A stretch of DNA of 64,000 bases from Octopus bimaculoides (Eukaryota). Of this stretch, positions 51,488-63,794 are shown piece after piece. How positions within the stretch are numbered: position 1 is the stretch's first letter; each line of letters opens with the position of its first letter. The notes below the pieces were generated by a model, which saw nothing but the letters and a program-made list of their open reading frames with translations, ran no database searches and was not told the origin of the DNA. The stretch lies in assembly GCF_001194135.2 (NCBI RefSeq), contig NC_068993.1, positions 42,530,287 to 42,594,286 on the forward strand, in the 5' to 3' direction. Made by a program: the position numbers and the translations under genes.

Positions 51488-52167
51488 TACGAGCGGGTAC
51501 CCAAAAGAAACCGGAATTTTGCAATATTTTATTCACTTAGTTTATATTGTTGCACTTTAATCGCCTTCGATGTATTCTCCATTTGAAGCAATGCATCGGT
51601 CCAGGCACATTTTCCAATTTTCGAAGCAGTATTGGAACTCTTGCGAAGTGATGCCTTAACGCCGCCATCATTTTTTTTTTTTTACTTCACCTCTTCTACA
51701 TCTGCAAATTCCGTAGCACCAGCTTTCGTTACCACTGACGACCTTCGAAAAAGGTATGGATCATCTTCCAGCTGTTCTTTCATTTCAGGATAAGCATTCA
51801 GTCGTGACTGCTTCGGTCATCTGTGAACAAGCGAGGCACACATTTTTCTGCAACTCTTTTCATTCGCAATTCCTCTCTCAAAGCATAACAACTGTTTCGG
51901 TCGCTGTTTTCTCCATCAGAAAACAGAATTTCACGGAAGCACGCTGGTCCTTCCTTTCCAGCGTCACAAAAATTGATGGACAGCGGAGAAGCACTGCAAA
52001 AGAAAGACACGCAACGTGGCAGTACGACCTCAACAGACAATGCCGGTCGGTAGACTAATATCTGAGGGTCATATCAAGTGGCTTCTAGCGGCGGAAGCTT
52101 GTACTACAACGAGCTGGTTCCACAGAGAACGTTTCCGGTGACATTTGGGTAGCCCCCCCCCCCCGTA
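51488..52167 (-). mobile_element. Internally deleted mariner derivative (680 bp, non-autonomous)
   Basis: TIRs tacgagcgggtacccaaaagaaaccggaa / ttccggtgacatttgggtagcc(c)ngta. Minus-strand blocks KDQRASVKFCFLMEKTATETVVML, MKRVAEKCVPRLF, SKVVSGNESWCYG and FQYCFENWKMCLDRCIASNGEYIEGD*. Confidence 0.9.
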
Positions 52168-52317
52168 TGCGTTACTGGATTTCAGATTTTATTCGTTGAT
52201 TTGTAATCTAAATTTCCCTAGATCAAAAAGTAAAGAAAAAAACACATGCATACGAGAATTCTCTCAAATTTGTCATTTCCAAAAATATCTGCAAACTATT
52301 ATTACATTCATGATCAA

Positions 52318-52535
52318 GGTGACAAGCTGCAGAATCATTAGCACGCTGGAGGAAATGGTTAGCGGTATTTCGCCCGTCGCTACGTTCTGAGCTCAAATTC
52401 CGCCGAGGTTGACATTTCCTTTCATCCTTTCGGGGTCGATAAATTAAGTACCAGTGAAACACGGGCATCGATGTAAGCGACTAGCCTCCTCCCACCAAAT
52501 TACAGGTCATGTACCTATAGTAGAAAGGATTATTA
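52318..52535 (+). mobile_element. SINE family B (central gaggttgac..tttcctttcatcctttcggggtcgataaattaagtaccag resembles the Meta-domain)
   Basis: tRNA-like head with B box gagctcaaattcc; homologous to copies at 33.1, 37.7 and 58.5-59.6 kb. Confidence 0.88.
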
Positions 52536-52725
52536 CATTTATGACCATCACAGACTCTAACAAAGAAATGAGGTGAAGTTACACTAGTAGACTGTCTGAT
52601 GATACGGTGCAATTTTTAATGTAATCAACAAATTGATAAGAAACTGATCACAGTATATAAATGTATGAAACAAATGTAACAAGACTTTGAACCGTTGTTC
52701 TAGTAACATTATCCAAATTCAGAAC

Positions 52726-53081
52726 TACTCTATTTTTCGGTATATAAAGCGCACTTTTTCCGAAAATAATTTCCCACAAAACTTCACCCTGAGCCTTATA
52801 TGCTGAATGTCAGATTTTGGGTAGGCTTGGTTAGTTTATTAACGAAGGGCAATTCTTGTGTCGGTGGGTGTCAGTGATGATATTTGGTAGCGTTAAAGCC
52901 GGTATTGTAACTTAGTCTACAATAAAAGCTTTCCAAATGCGTCAGTCTAAATCTTCCTATACATGAAAATGTTTGAGATATTCAGCTACGTTATTCGGGG
53001 TTAGCTGCAGTTTATTCTTTTATTCTTGCAGATTATACCTGCCAAACTTAAGATGTGCCTTATATGCCCGAAAGTACAGTA
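52726..53081. mobile_element. pogo/Tigger-type MITE (356 bp)
   Basis: TIRs tactctatttttcggtatataaagcgcac / gtgccttatatgcccgaaagtacagta; TA ends; TIR related to the 17071-17432 MITE but the interior differs. Confidence 0.75.
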
Positions 53082-53204
53082 CTTACTGTCGCTAGAGGTG
53101 TTATGATCCCTAAAACTCATAAGGCTGAACCCTGTTTCTATGGCGTGTAAGTGACTAAGATTACAACACTACCCTCCTGAATTGTTTCTTTTACCTTGTA
53201 AAAT

Positions 53205-53617
53205 TCTTTTACTTATTCTATCAGCCCTTTTTTGCCGAATCGCTAAGTTACGGGAACGGAAAAAAAACCATCACCAGTTGTCAAGTGGTGTGGTGGAGCA
53301 AACATAAACAAAAACACACAAACACATATTGATATGTACACAACCACACACACACACACTCATATGTGCACAAACACAGATACACACGCACGCACACACA
53401 CACACACACACATACACATTTATATAAAGAGAGACAGATATAGATAGAGATAGATATCCACGACGGGTTTCTTTTAGATTGTACCTGCCAAATCCACTCT
53501 CAGAGATCTGGTCGACCAAGGGTTGTAGCAGAATACACTTGTCCAAGTTGACAGGCAGTAGGACTGAACACATGACCATCTGGTTAGGAAGCAAGTTTCA
53601 TATCATACAGCCATTCA
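53205..53617 (-). mobile_element. Older SINE family A copy with expanded internal (CA)/(GATA) tract
   Basis: ttttgccgaatcgctaagttacggg...cacgacggg...ggactgaac...catacagcca matches the other A copies. Confidence 0.8.
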
Positions 53618-54169
53618 ATTACATAATAAAAAGGCCACTAAACGCAGTAGGCCTTATTTACACCATGGAAGTCTTTATTGAGTACAGATTGTCCACTAAA
53701 TAAATCTGTAAAACACCATGATATCAATTGCTAGTGTATTTTATAAATACTAGGATTCTATTATCCCAGTAACAATCTTGTCTGTTTTTATTTTAATTTG
53801 TATCACAGTTCATCGAGATTCACATAGAACAATTGAAATATCTTGTTTAAATATATATTTTCTAAATATCTGCTTTGGGAAATCGTTCCATTTTTGGCGA
53901 TGTAGGAAGTGGTGAAACTGTAGAATGATTGGCATATTGGGTAATGTATGTATTTGATTGAGACAAAGTGCAACATTGGTGATACGTTACAAATTAACTA
54001 ATAGTCAGATAGACTAGTGACCTGACACCCCAGCAAACAATGGTTAAACAGATATTGAGCAAATTTGACAAGTAGTTTATACATACGATGTATACATACA
54101 AATATGTATGCGTATTATATATGAGTGAGAACATGTCCGTGTGTGTGTGTATATATATTCATGTACGTA

Positions 54170-54230
<61 letters not shown>

Positions 54231-54479
54231 TGCATTATTATATGACTGGACGCCACGCATCCATTTCCAAATAAGTTTTATTTTAATAATATCAATGCGA
54301 CTCTTATTCTATTTCTCTTTCCTTCTCCCCTTTCGTTTCCTCTCTTTTCATTTTTCTTTTTATCTCACCTTCTCCCCCTTTCGTTTTTTCTCTCTCATCA
54401 TTTCTCTAATTCTTTTCCTCTCCTCTTCACCGTTCTCTATCAGTCCCTCTCTCTTCTTCACTCATCCTCCTTTACTCTC

Positions 54480-54700
54480 TCGTTGCTCACATGTGACCAT
54501 CGGCCATCTTTCGTTTCCTAACTTGAAATTCTTTCTTTCCTTTCGATCAGCTACAGAGAAAAGGCGCCTTCTTGTCTGTCTCCCGTTAAAGCTTGTTCCT
54601 CCCGCGTTTGCCACCTCACCTCGTTATGGCTTAGCAGCCCCTATTGTCTGTTTTCGCAGTCCCGTTTTTGTTACCAACTTTGACCCTCCACAAATCCCAA
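54480..54700 (-). mobile_element. Possible Penelope-like GIY-YIG C-terminal remnant
   Basis: Frameshifted HNEVRWQT / SFNGRQTRRRLFSVADRKERKNFKL resembles W.I....PY....RCxLC..E...I of PLE endonucleases. Confidence 0.4.
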
Positions 54701-56157
54701 ATTGTATTTAATTTTCTTTGCGAGAGCAACTGTTTTTAACGAAGGCGCATCTTGTCGAATTTTCTCGAAATGCAGAGTAGATAAAACAGCCGACAACTGA
54801 TGAAAGGTCGTTCTTTGTGCTACTTGTCTTGTTTTCCATTTGTTTCTTTCGTTGTTTGCAAAAAAGTTCGTATTCCATATTATCGCATTTCGTATTTCAT
54901 GTTGTTAACGTTCTATGACGTCCTGTACCCATATATGCATATGTATATACATATATATGCAGTTATATATATATNNNNNNNNNNNNNNNNNNNNNNNNNN
55001 NNNNNNNNNNNNNNNNNNNNNNNNNNNNNNNNNNNNNNNNNNNNNNNNNNNNNNNNNNNNNNNNNNNNNNNNNNNNNNNNNNNNNNNNNNNNNNNNNNNN
55101 NNNNNNNNNNNNNNNNNNNNNNNNNNNNNNNNNNNNNNNNNNNNNNNNNNNNNNNNNNNNNNNNNNNNNNNNNNNNNNNNNNNNNNNNNNNNNNNNNNNN
55201 NNNNNNNNNNNNNNNNNNNNNNNNNNNNNNNNNNNNNNNNNNNNNNNNNNNNNNNNNNNNNNNNNNNNNNNNNNNNNNNNNNNNNNNNNNNNNNNNNNNN
55301 NNNNNNNNNNNNNNNNNNNNNNNNNNNNNNNNNNNNNNNNNNNNNNNNNNNNNNNNNNNNNNNNNNNNNNNNNNNNNNNNNNNNNNNNNNNNNNNNNNNN
55401 NNNNNNNNNNNNNNNNNNNNNNNNNNNNNNNNNNNNNNNNNATATATATATATATATATATATACATACATGCATGCATGTATAGATACATACACACATA
55501 CGCACATAGATAGATACATATATACTTACAGACATACATACGTACATACATGCATATACACATACAGATTTGCACAAATACTCGGTTTCACGAATATGGA
55601 GCAAAATAAACTGACGAGAACTTTTCCAGTCCAACCTATTATTGACACAGTGAAGATTTCTAAGACGGTCTAAAAGTTTCCTCTCTGAGATTCTTATGGG
55701 AATAGATGTACACCTTTGGGCGTATGCATTGCCAGTTCAACCAACACAACAATGAAACGACCTGCAAGTGTAAAAAGTGAAAAAAGTGTCTAAAAAGCCC
55801 AAATTAAGCAAATTGAAAGGAAAATACCAGGAATTGTTCTCCATGAAGTCTTAATGGCAGGAGATTCTCCTCCCAAACAGTAATCCTCCTTCTCCCCACT
55901 CTGTCGTCTTTCTAGCGCACAAATCGTCCCATCTTTAAGGTAATTTAAACCTGTTTACGTATTTCTTATGCATTCTCATTTTTATAATTGTCATTTTATT
56001 TGTAACTACACTTGTTCTGTTATAAAACCCATAAAAAATTATTTTGGGGTGATTTGTGGGGTGGGTGGGGGGAACAGATTAGTTATATTTTAATTAATTT
56101 CAATGAGGAAAATTGATTTGTAAAACATGTAATTCATAAAACGAGCTCGGTCATGGA

Positions 56158-56271
56158 ACTGCGTAGCAACTTCGGCACTGCGTAGCAACTTCGGCATTGC
56201 GTAGCAACTTCGGCATTGCGTAGCAACTTCGGCACTGCGTAGCAACTTCGGCACTGCGTAGCAACTTCGGC
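56158..56271 (+). repeat. Six tandem 19 bp units a[c/t]tgcgtagcaacttcggc
   Basis: Units start at 56158, 56177, 56196, 56215, 56234 and 56253; variant order C,C,T,T,C,C. Confidence 0.97.
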
Positions 56272-56352
56272 AAGTGTCTCCTACCATAGCCTCAAGCCGA
56301 CCAAAGACTTGTGAGAGAATTTGGTAGACAGAATCTGAAGGAAGCCCGTCGT
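56158..56352 (+). mobile_element. 5'-truncated SINE family A copy beginning with the 19 bp array
   Basis: The array continues into aagtgtctcctaccatagcctcaagccgaccaaag...gaagcccgtcgtatata, then (TA)n and a gap. Confidence 0.88.
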
Positions 56353-56812
56353 ATATATATATATATATATNNNNNNNNNNNNNNNNNNNNNNNNNNNNNN
56401 NNNNNNNNNNNNNNNNNNNNNNNNNNNNNNNNNNNNNNNNNNNNNNNNNNNNNNNNNNNNNNNNNNNNNNNNNNNNNNNNNNNNNNNNNNNNNNNNNNNN
56501 NNNNNNNNNNNNNNNNNNNNNNNNNNNNNNNNNNNNNNNNNNNNNNNNNNNNNNNNNNNNNNNNNNNNNNNNNNNNNNNNNNNNNNNNNNNNNNNNNNNN
56601 NNNNNNNNNNNNNNNNNNNNNNNNNNNNNNNNNNNNNNNNNNNNNNNNNNNNNNNNNNNNNNNNNNNNNNNNNNNNNNNNNNNNNNNNNNNNNNNNNNNN
56701 NNNNNNNNNNNNNNNNNNNNNNNNNNNNNNNNNNNNNNNNNNNNNNNNNNNNNNNNNNNNNNNNNNNNNNNNNNNNNNNNNNNNNNNNNNNNNNNNNNNN
56801 NNNNNNNNNNNN

Positions 56813-56849
<37 letters not shown>

Positions 56850-58419
56850 CAAGAGGGAGAGTAATTGACATATGAAATATGTATATGAAATATATATATA
56901 TGTATATGCATACATGAATGCGTGCATACATACATACATATATACATACATACATGCATACGCACGTACGTACATGCGCACACTCATATACACACATACA
57001 CACAGTAATATTTTTAAACGAGGCTGAATTGAAATGAAAATCAAAGAATGAGAAAGGGAGGGGGTTAGGGAGGAGGAGAGAGAGAGAATGATGTAGTAGA
57101 AAACGGAATGAAATGATTCATTATTAGGAAATATATGAATTGTTTCAAAATTGGATTTGAGAAATATATAATTTAAATATGAAAAGTCTGAAATAATTTT
57201 TAAAAAAGAGGAGTCTATTGTTTCTGTTGACAAGATCGATAAATGACTGTTCTTTATAAAGATAGCAAGGGATCGGTGGTACAAACAAACAGTGAGTGGC
57301 AGCTGCAAAATTAGTGTTGAACAACCGAAATATAACGTAAAATGTAAAAGAATATAGAAAGTCAGTTAAAGAAATAGGAGTAAATATAATGAGCAGTGTC
57401 AAAAATATATCCACGAGGCAATGGAATCGATATGTTGGAATTAGAGGAATAGAATGGAAATGTGTGCTGAATAAGAAGTAATATAAATGAAAAAGAATGG
57501 GACAAATTTAACACATTTTCAAAAAGAAAAAAAAAATCTGAATATATAAATTTTATTCTGTTCGAGCATGAAATGAATATTTTTGCTATCTCAATTGAAA
57601 TTAATAGCGAAATAGCATTTCTTTTAAATGAAACGCACATATATACATTTTCAGATACACCAACAATGACATCTACAAGCACGCACAGACAGACATACAT
57701 TCACACACGGACATACATGCACATACACAACATCTCAATTAAAGTGCTATGGCTGAAATACTATTTATAGTACATTTATGACCAAATAATTGCTATCGAC
57801 CAGTCGTTACTTGCAGGTATTTGGGAGTGGAATGTTGTTACAAGGGCAGTAGAGAATATAAACGTGTGTGTTCATACGTACTTAGAATATACTTAATGTA
57901 TAAATATATAATATTTCATCTCTGTATAATGTTACATTTCTGTTTATTACTGCTTTTCTCTTGCCAATTATTAGTTTATTCGCTTCTAAAACGTCTATTT
58001 CCAATTCAACTAGCACATTTCCAGTATATCGCCTGGTATTTCCTCACAGCTAATGAATTTGCAACTACGTTGCATTTTAACGCTGTTCTCTCAAATATTA
58101 ACATCTAAAGTATCTCTGCGATTGTTTAATAAGCAGTTTTTAGGAGAACAAAGGCTTTTAATAGCATGTCTGCAATATATAACCAGACGAAAAAGGCCCA
58201 CTAGACTTCGTGGTGCTTTATTATATTACAGTAAAGATAATTTTAAAACATTCAGTATAGAAACCATTTGTATAACTATTACCAGGTGGTGTTGACTTAT
58301 TGTTCAGTAATTTCTCTCCAACTCAATATATTGTTCGTGTTTTATGCAGGCCGTCATATTGAGTCCCTTTACGTACATTTACAAATCCATATTGGCCAAG
58401 CATGATGAAAACTGAAAGA

Positions 58420-59126
58420 AGCGTTTATTTTATCGATCTGAAAAGGGTGAACTGCAAAGAAGTCCACGACTGGACTTGTACTCGCAAAAACAAGAAAAAA
58501 AGGACCAGAAGAAATAAGCCTTTCTATTATAGGCACACGTCATGAAATTTAGTGGGAGAGGGCTAGTCAATTACACCAACGCTTTGGCTCAGCTGGTACT
58601 TATTCCGTCAACCCCAAAATGATTAAAATCGAAGTCGACCTCGGTTGCATTTCAACTTAGAACGCAAAGATGGACGAAATGCCTAAGCATTTTACCCTGC
58701 GTGCTAACGATTCTGCTAGCCCACCACCTTAATTAGCAATAATAATTGGTTTCAAGTTTTCGCACACGGTCTGCGAATTCGGTAGAGGTGAAATTCATAA
58801 GATCGACCACAGTGCCTAGTCGACCCGAAATAATGAAAGGTAAAGTCGATCTCGGCGGAATTTGAATTTAACGTAAAAGTGGACGAAGTGCCGTCATGCA
58901 TTTTGACCATTCGTGCTAACGATTCTGCCAGCTCATTCCCTTAGAACCGGAAGAAATAATGGCTTTAGATTTTGGCACAAGGTCAGCTCAGTTTTCAACT
59001 GGTACTTTATTTTATCGACTCCGAAAGGATGAAAGGCACAGTCAACTGCTTCGGAATTAGAAATCGGAAGAAAAACCGCTACACATCTTGTTTGGTGTGT
59101 GAACCATTCAGCCAGCTCGCCACCTT
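58420..59126 (-). mobile_element. Four head-to-tail SINE family B copies (approx. 58420-58500, 58520-58730, 58745-58940, 58960-59126)
   Basis: Repeated ctggtactt..tatcgac...gaaagg..aagtcga.ctcgg.ggaattt...gtgctaacgattctgccagctc blocks. Confidence 0.82.
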
Positions 59127-59420
59127 AGAACCGTATTCAACAAAATTCACTGCTCTAGGGTGTGAGAAAAAAACAGTGAAAAAAACAACAATGATGAGGA
59201 TGATGACAATGATGATGATGTGGAGGAGGAAGAGAATGTGAAGGAGGAGGGTGAGGAAGAGCGAGGAGGGACAGGAGAGGTGGAAGGAAGTTATATGTAG
59301 CAGCTATATTTTACATTTACAAATATTGGATTAACAGGATTGATTAGTAAATTACCTGTTTATGAATAGAGTTTAGTTCACGCCGAGACTGACTTAGCCT
59401 TTAATATCTCTTGGATCAAT

Positions 59421-59635
59421 AAGGCTGCGAGCCGCCAGATTCGTTAGCAAGCCGGAAAAAATTCTTAGCGGCATTTAGTCAGTTATGTTCTGAATTCAAA
59501 TTCTACCGAGGCCAACTTTACCTTTCATTTTTTCAGGATCCATAAAATAAGTACCAGTTGGACATTGGGATCGACGTATTCGACTTACCCATTTCCCAAA
59601 ACTTGCTGGCTTTGTGTCAAATTTTGAAATCAATA
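59421..59635 (+). mobile_element. SINE family B copy, inverted relative to the 58.4-59.1 kb cluster
   Basis: aaggctgcgagccgccagattcgttagc...gaattcaaatt...aaataagtaccag. Confidence 0.82.
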
Positions 59636-60074
59636 TTTCTTAGGTCAATGAAAGCAATGTAGAAGTTAAATGACTGCGAATGGTATCTCGACAAAATAGA
59701 CTATAGCCGTCTACCAAATAAACGTGTAGTTTCCTTTTCCATTTTAGAAATATTAATAATCCTACGAAATAATTAGATTTCCTTGAATTGAGTTGTATTT
59801 TGATATTTTACACCGTATCTTTGAGCAATGGGATTGTTAGTTTACTTGTCGCCAACCAACCAGTCGCTGGATGTGATTTAGAACTGCTAGGATGCCAAGG
59901 AAGTCACTTGTAATATTCTAGAAAAAATATAACAAAGCACGCTAGACAGTTTTATTAGAAAATATCGGTTCATCGTGGATGGGAAATTCGTTGATATTTA
60001 GAATTTTGCTAATACACAACGTCAAAAAGTATTCTCATACTCTCACATAAATACATAAACATATACGCATATAT

Positions 60075-60510
60075 ACGGGCATAGAACAAAGGTTGGTAAA
60101 AGAGTCAAATTAACTATGTTTGATTCGGTTTGCGTGCCTACCTGCAGCTATTTTCATGCAAGTCGCGTAATGACCGAAAGAATACAACTATGAATACAAC
60201 CGACTGAAATGAGGTTCCTCCGAAGTTTGAACCGCTACTTTTCTGCAGTGAGATGTCAAAGCTCCGGTACTACGGATATGGGATCAATATGTCACATGAG
60301 GTGCAAAACGGATTCTTCAAGCCGAGCAAGAGGCAAGTGACGTTGAGGATAGACCGGGAACAAAATAGTTGGAAAATATCCATCGTCTCAGTTGGTCACG
60401 CTTCGCAATCAAGCACGTCAGTTTAATGACGGTCGCTTCTCATAGGACCCTATCGACACTATCGCCAGGACGCTATCTCCAAGACCACACCCAGATACAG
60501 GGGCGGAGTT
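60075..60510 (+). mobile_element. RTE-type LINE 3' fragment
   Basis: KVGKRVKLTMFDSVCVPT...VMTERIQL*IQPTEMRFLRS; KLRYYGY; RILQAE...RPGTK*LENIHRLSWSR, typical of the post-RT region of RTE elements. Confidence 0.8.
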
Positions 60511-61019
60511 GATATATGAATGGTTATCCACATACACACACACACAGACACACACACACAGACACACACACACGTATGTATGTTATTGCAATCGTATACT
60601 AAACATTGAAGTTCAAAATAATATATGCATGCATCTATAACACGCTGCTGTTCACTCGAACTGGGAATGAAATTAGATGCGGCACATGGTCTTGGTAGAA
60701 CATTTTCCAAGAGATGTTGTGTGTAAAAACACGAGACCATTCAAACAGCGTCAGCGGAGTATCAGACAACGGTGTTCGGGCTAATTTTCTCCGCCTCGGT
60801 AACAGACAATCCCTATCTCGGTCGTTTGGAACTAACAAGGAATTTATGTTCCTATACAGAATTTAGCAAATAAAATATTTGTTGAAGTATGTGATTTCCT
60901 AAGCTCGAATTAAATTAGTGGGCGAACAAAAGACACACAAACGTAGCTATACACACACAAGCGCACACGCGCACACACGCACACACACACATATATAAAT
61001 GGGGGCCGGGGTTACGATG

Positions 61020-61185
61020 CTCCCTTTTCTGCAGTGTTTCCATCTAATAAATTCTACGCACAATCATTGGTAAATTGGAGTCTATGGTAGAAGTTGCTTG
61101 TTTAAAGTGTGACGAAGTTGGATTAATCCCGGAACCAAGTGGTTGCAAAACAATCACCTTAACCACACAGCAATGCTTGCACCTA
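61020..61185 (-). mobile_element. Degenerate SINE family A head
   Basis: ggattaatcccggaaccaagtggttg...taaccacacagc matches the reverse complement of the A head. Confidence 0.55.
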
Positions 61186-62353
61186 TACCAATAACTCTAG
61201 CACTGCGGCGAATTCAATGCACAGGACTGGAAAATATTCAGATTTAAATCGACTTAACTCTGAAATATAGAATATATCTACGTAACTATTGTACTATACT
61301 GCGGCAAAACAGCAGCAGTATGATACTTATGATTGTGAACAATTCAATTTTACGCTTGTCGGAGAACTTTATATTTTAACATAACGTAAAATCTTTGTTC
61401 TTAACCAATAGCCTGAGTTTATGTTGCAATACGACTAGAAAACACACGGGTCGCATTGAAATTGTTTGATTCAAACTACCATAAACCAGAATATATCTTA
61501 TAGTATTGAATATTGGTATGATGAGGCGGAAAGGCTTCCATTTCACAATATCGGCATCTTTATACTTTTTCTGAAAGCAAAAAAAGAAAAAAGAAAAGAA
61601 ACTATGAATATCAATACTTTATAACTAGCATTAAACGTTTTTGCGTATTAAAAAAAATATATTTATTGAGTGTGACAAGGAAAACAATAGAGCTTTTTCC
61701 CGAGAGAAAATATCTTAATAGACAGAATGTCGCAGACGACATTTCAACATAATATCTAAATATTTAAACTATGATACCCAGTTCTGATGTCGAATATAAA
61801 ACACTTGCGAAGATCGCAGCAAGTGACGTGGCACAGTTAGAATGTATACATACATACATACACATGAATTATTTGTGTGTATGTGTGTGTGTGTGTGTAA
61901 TTGTGCGTATGTGTGTGTATGAGTTAGTGTGTTTGTGAGAGTCAGTGTTTGTGTGTGTGTGTGAATGTACAAGTTTGAGCATCAAGACCTCTTCCACGTC
62001 TAAGAGTGCACCTTGAATCTGAAACCGCTACATTTGGGAAAGCGAATTTAGACAATTTAAAAAAACACAATTGTGTTTGCATTCTTTTGGCATTTGGGAT
62101 ATTAATAACAACGACCGTTATGTAGAGCTAAAACAGTTCAGTACGATTCTAGTAACCAGTCTCTTAAAAGAAAATCCATTCTTATTATAAGATTGGCGAA
62201 GAGCTATTTTGATATTCTTATTAACAAGACGACAGTGAAATCTAACTATAATGAAATAGCTCAATAGCCTCGTCTGATGCTTGTGTGTATACACACACAT
62301 ACACACACACACACGGGTATATATATATACACATATATATTCCTTTTCATATC

Positions 62354-62444
62354 GGCTAACTCTGATGAGCGTAAGATTATATAATCGGATTCTTACCTAA
62401 TACTTCGTTGTATTCCTAGCGCGAAACACATTGGTAGGATCAGC
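62354..62444 (+). ncRNA. Possible decayed hammerhead ribozyme
   Basis: CTGATGA 62362-68, gcg/cgc stem II closing a long hairpin-containing loop, GAAAC 62423-27, GTA 62434-36; stems I and III are imperfect. Confidence 0.4.
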
Positions 62445-62468
62445 AGTGATGGATACACATTTTGGTTA

Positions 62469-62526
<58 letters not shown>

Positions 62527-63679
62527 AATAGTTACCAACCAAGAAAATTATTCTAGATTATTGTAGCGATGAATTTTCCTTACATCTGAATTAAGAAATG
62601 TTCGCCATTACGGATTTTAATAGACAACGGCATGTCCCTTGTCGTACTGAATACACTTGTGAAGGATTGATTCGTAGAGAATCAATGAAGAAAGACCCGA
62701 GAGGTATAATAAGTTACATAGTGGGAAAAGAGATATAGAGTAAAAACGGGACGCGCATCTAATGAAAAAAAAAATTGAGAAATTGTTAAAATACATCTTC
62801 TGTATTTTGAAAATCTAGATTAACTCCAATTAAACATTTTACTGTAATTATATAGAAACTAGGATTCAGTTGTTAAAATATTTGTTGGAACCAGAGTCTT
62901 CTCGATGCTCAGGAGTCTTGAACTATCTGTGAAGAAGACAGAAGTTGCCAGAAAATTGTCGGACTGTCGAGAAAGCAATGCATTATAACTGACTCTGGGG
63001 AGAAAACGAGTCGTGCTGCATGAACGAGTGTCGAGGATGATAGAAACACTTCTCCTAGAGTCACATCTGAATCATATAAGCTGGTGCTGTTCTGTAGGGT
63101 GTTTTATCACCGGCATCGGTGGGAGTCCTCAGGCAGCTGTGGTGTCCCGCTAGAAGGAGCCGAAATACTTAAAGTGGAGCTTTACCACCTGATGAGATAT
63201 CGATCTCTACAGTCGGAGTCGGATTACAGCAGCACACACAGCACACACAGCACACTACGAGCATTTACTCGGAATATCCACGAATTTTCTTTATCTAATT
63301 CTCAAAATTTCAATTCTCAAGGACAGTTTCTAGCGTTATTGGTACAACAACGGGAGAATTGTTACCTCAAGTATAGAACGTGTAGAAAATGCGCGAGACT
63401 AAGTGGTACGGAGAAAACGCAAAATGCCTAGAAAATACTATAGTTAAGCCTTAAAGGCTAGATCAGAACGAAGAAGAGGATAGAGAAAATGTATTGGACT
63501 TTTTGAACCGAAAGAATATGAAGCAAAACAACGCAATTGGTGTGTTCATTATCATGTGATGGGTGGATTCTATTGGCATAGTTGACTGGAAGGTGAGAGG
63601 CGTTATACTTTTCCGATTCCGGGAAAATCTGCTCAAATATATGTCTCTGTGTACGCACGCGTTGACATAGATAAGCATG

Positions 63680-63693
63680 TATGTGTGTATGTT

Positions 63694-63739
<46 letters not shown>

Positions 63740-63744
63740 GATAA

Positions 63745-63794
<50 letters not shown>

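Noticed and set aside
54088-54711. 207 aa Phe/Leu/Ser-rich ORF resembling a membrane protein
   Set aside because: Arises from microsatellite and pyrimidine-rich low-complexity DNA.
56158-56271. CRISPR-like appearance of the 19 bp array
   Set aside because: No spacers, eukaryotic context, and the unit derives from a SINE segment.
62946-63130. Wnt-like words CQKIVGLSRKQC and HRW
   Set aside because: An in-frame stop lies between them, the spacing is ~14 residues too long for Wnt and the conserved cysteines are missing; likely chance.
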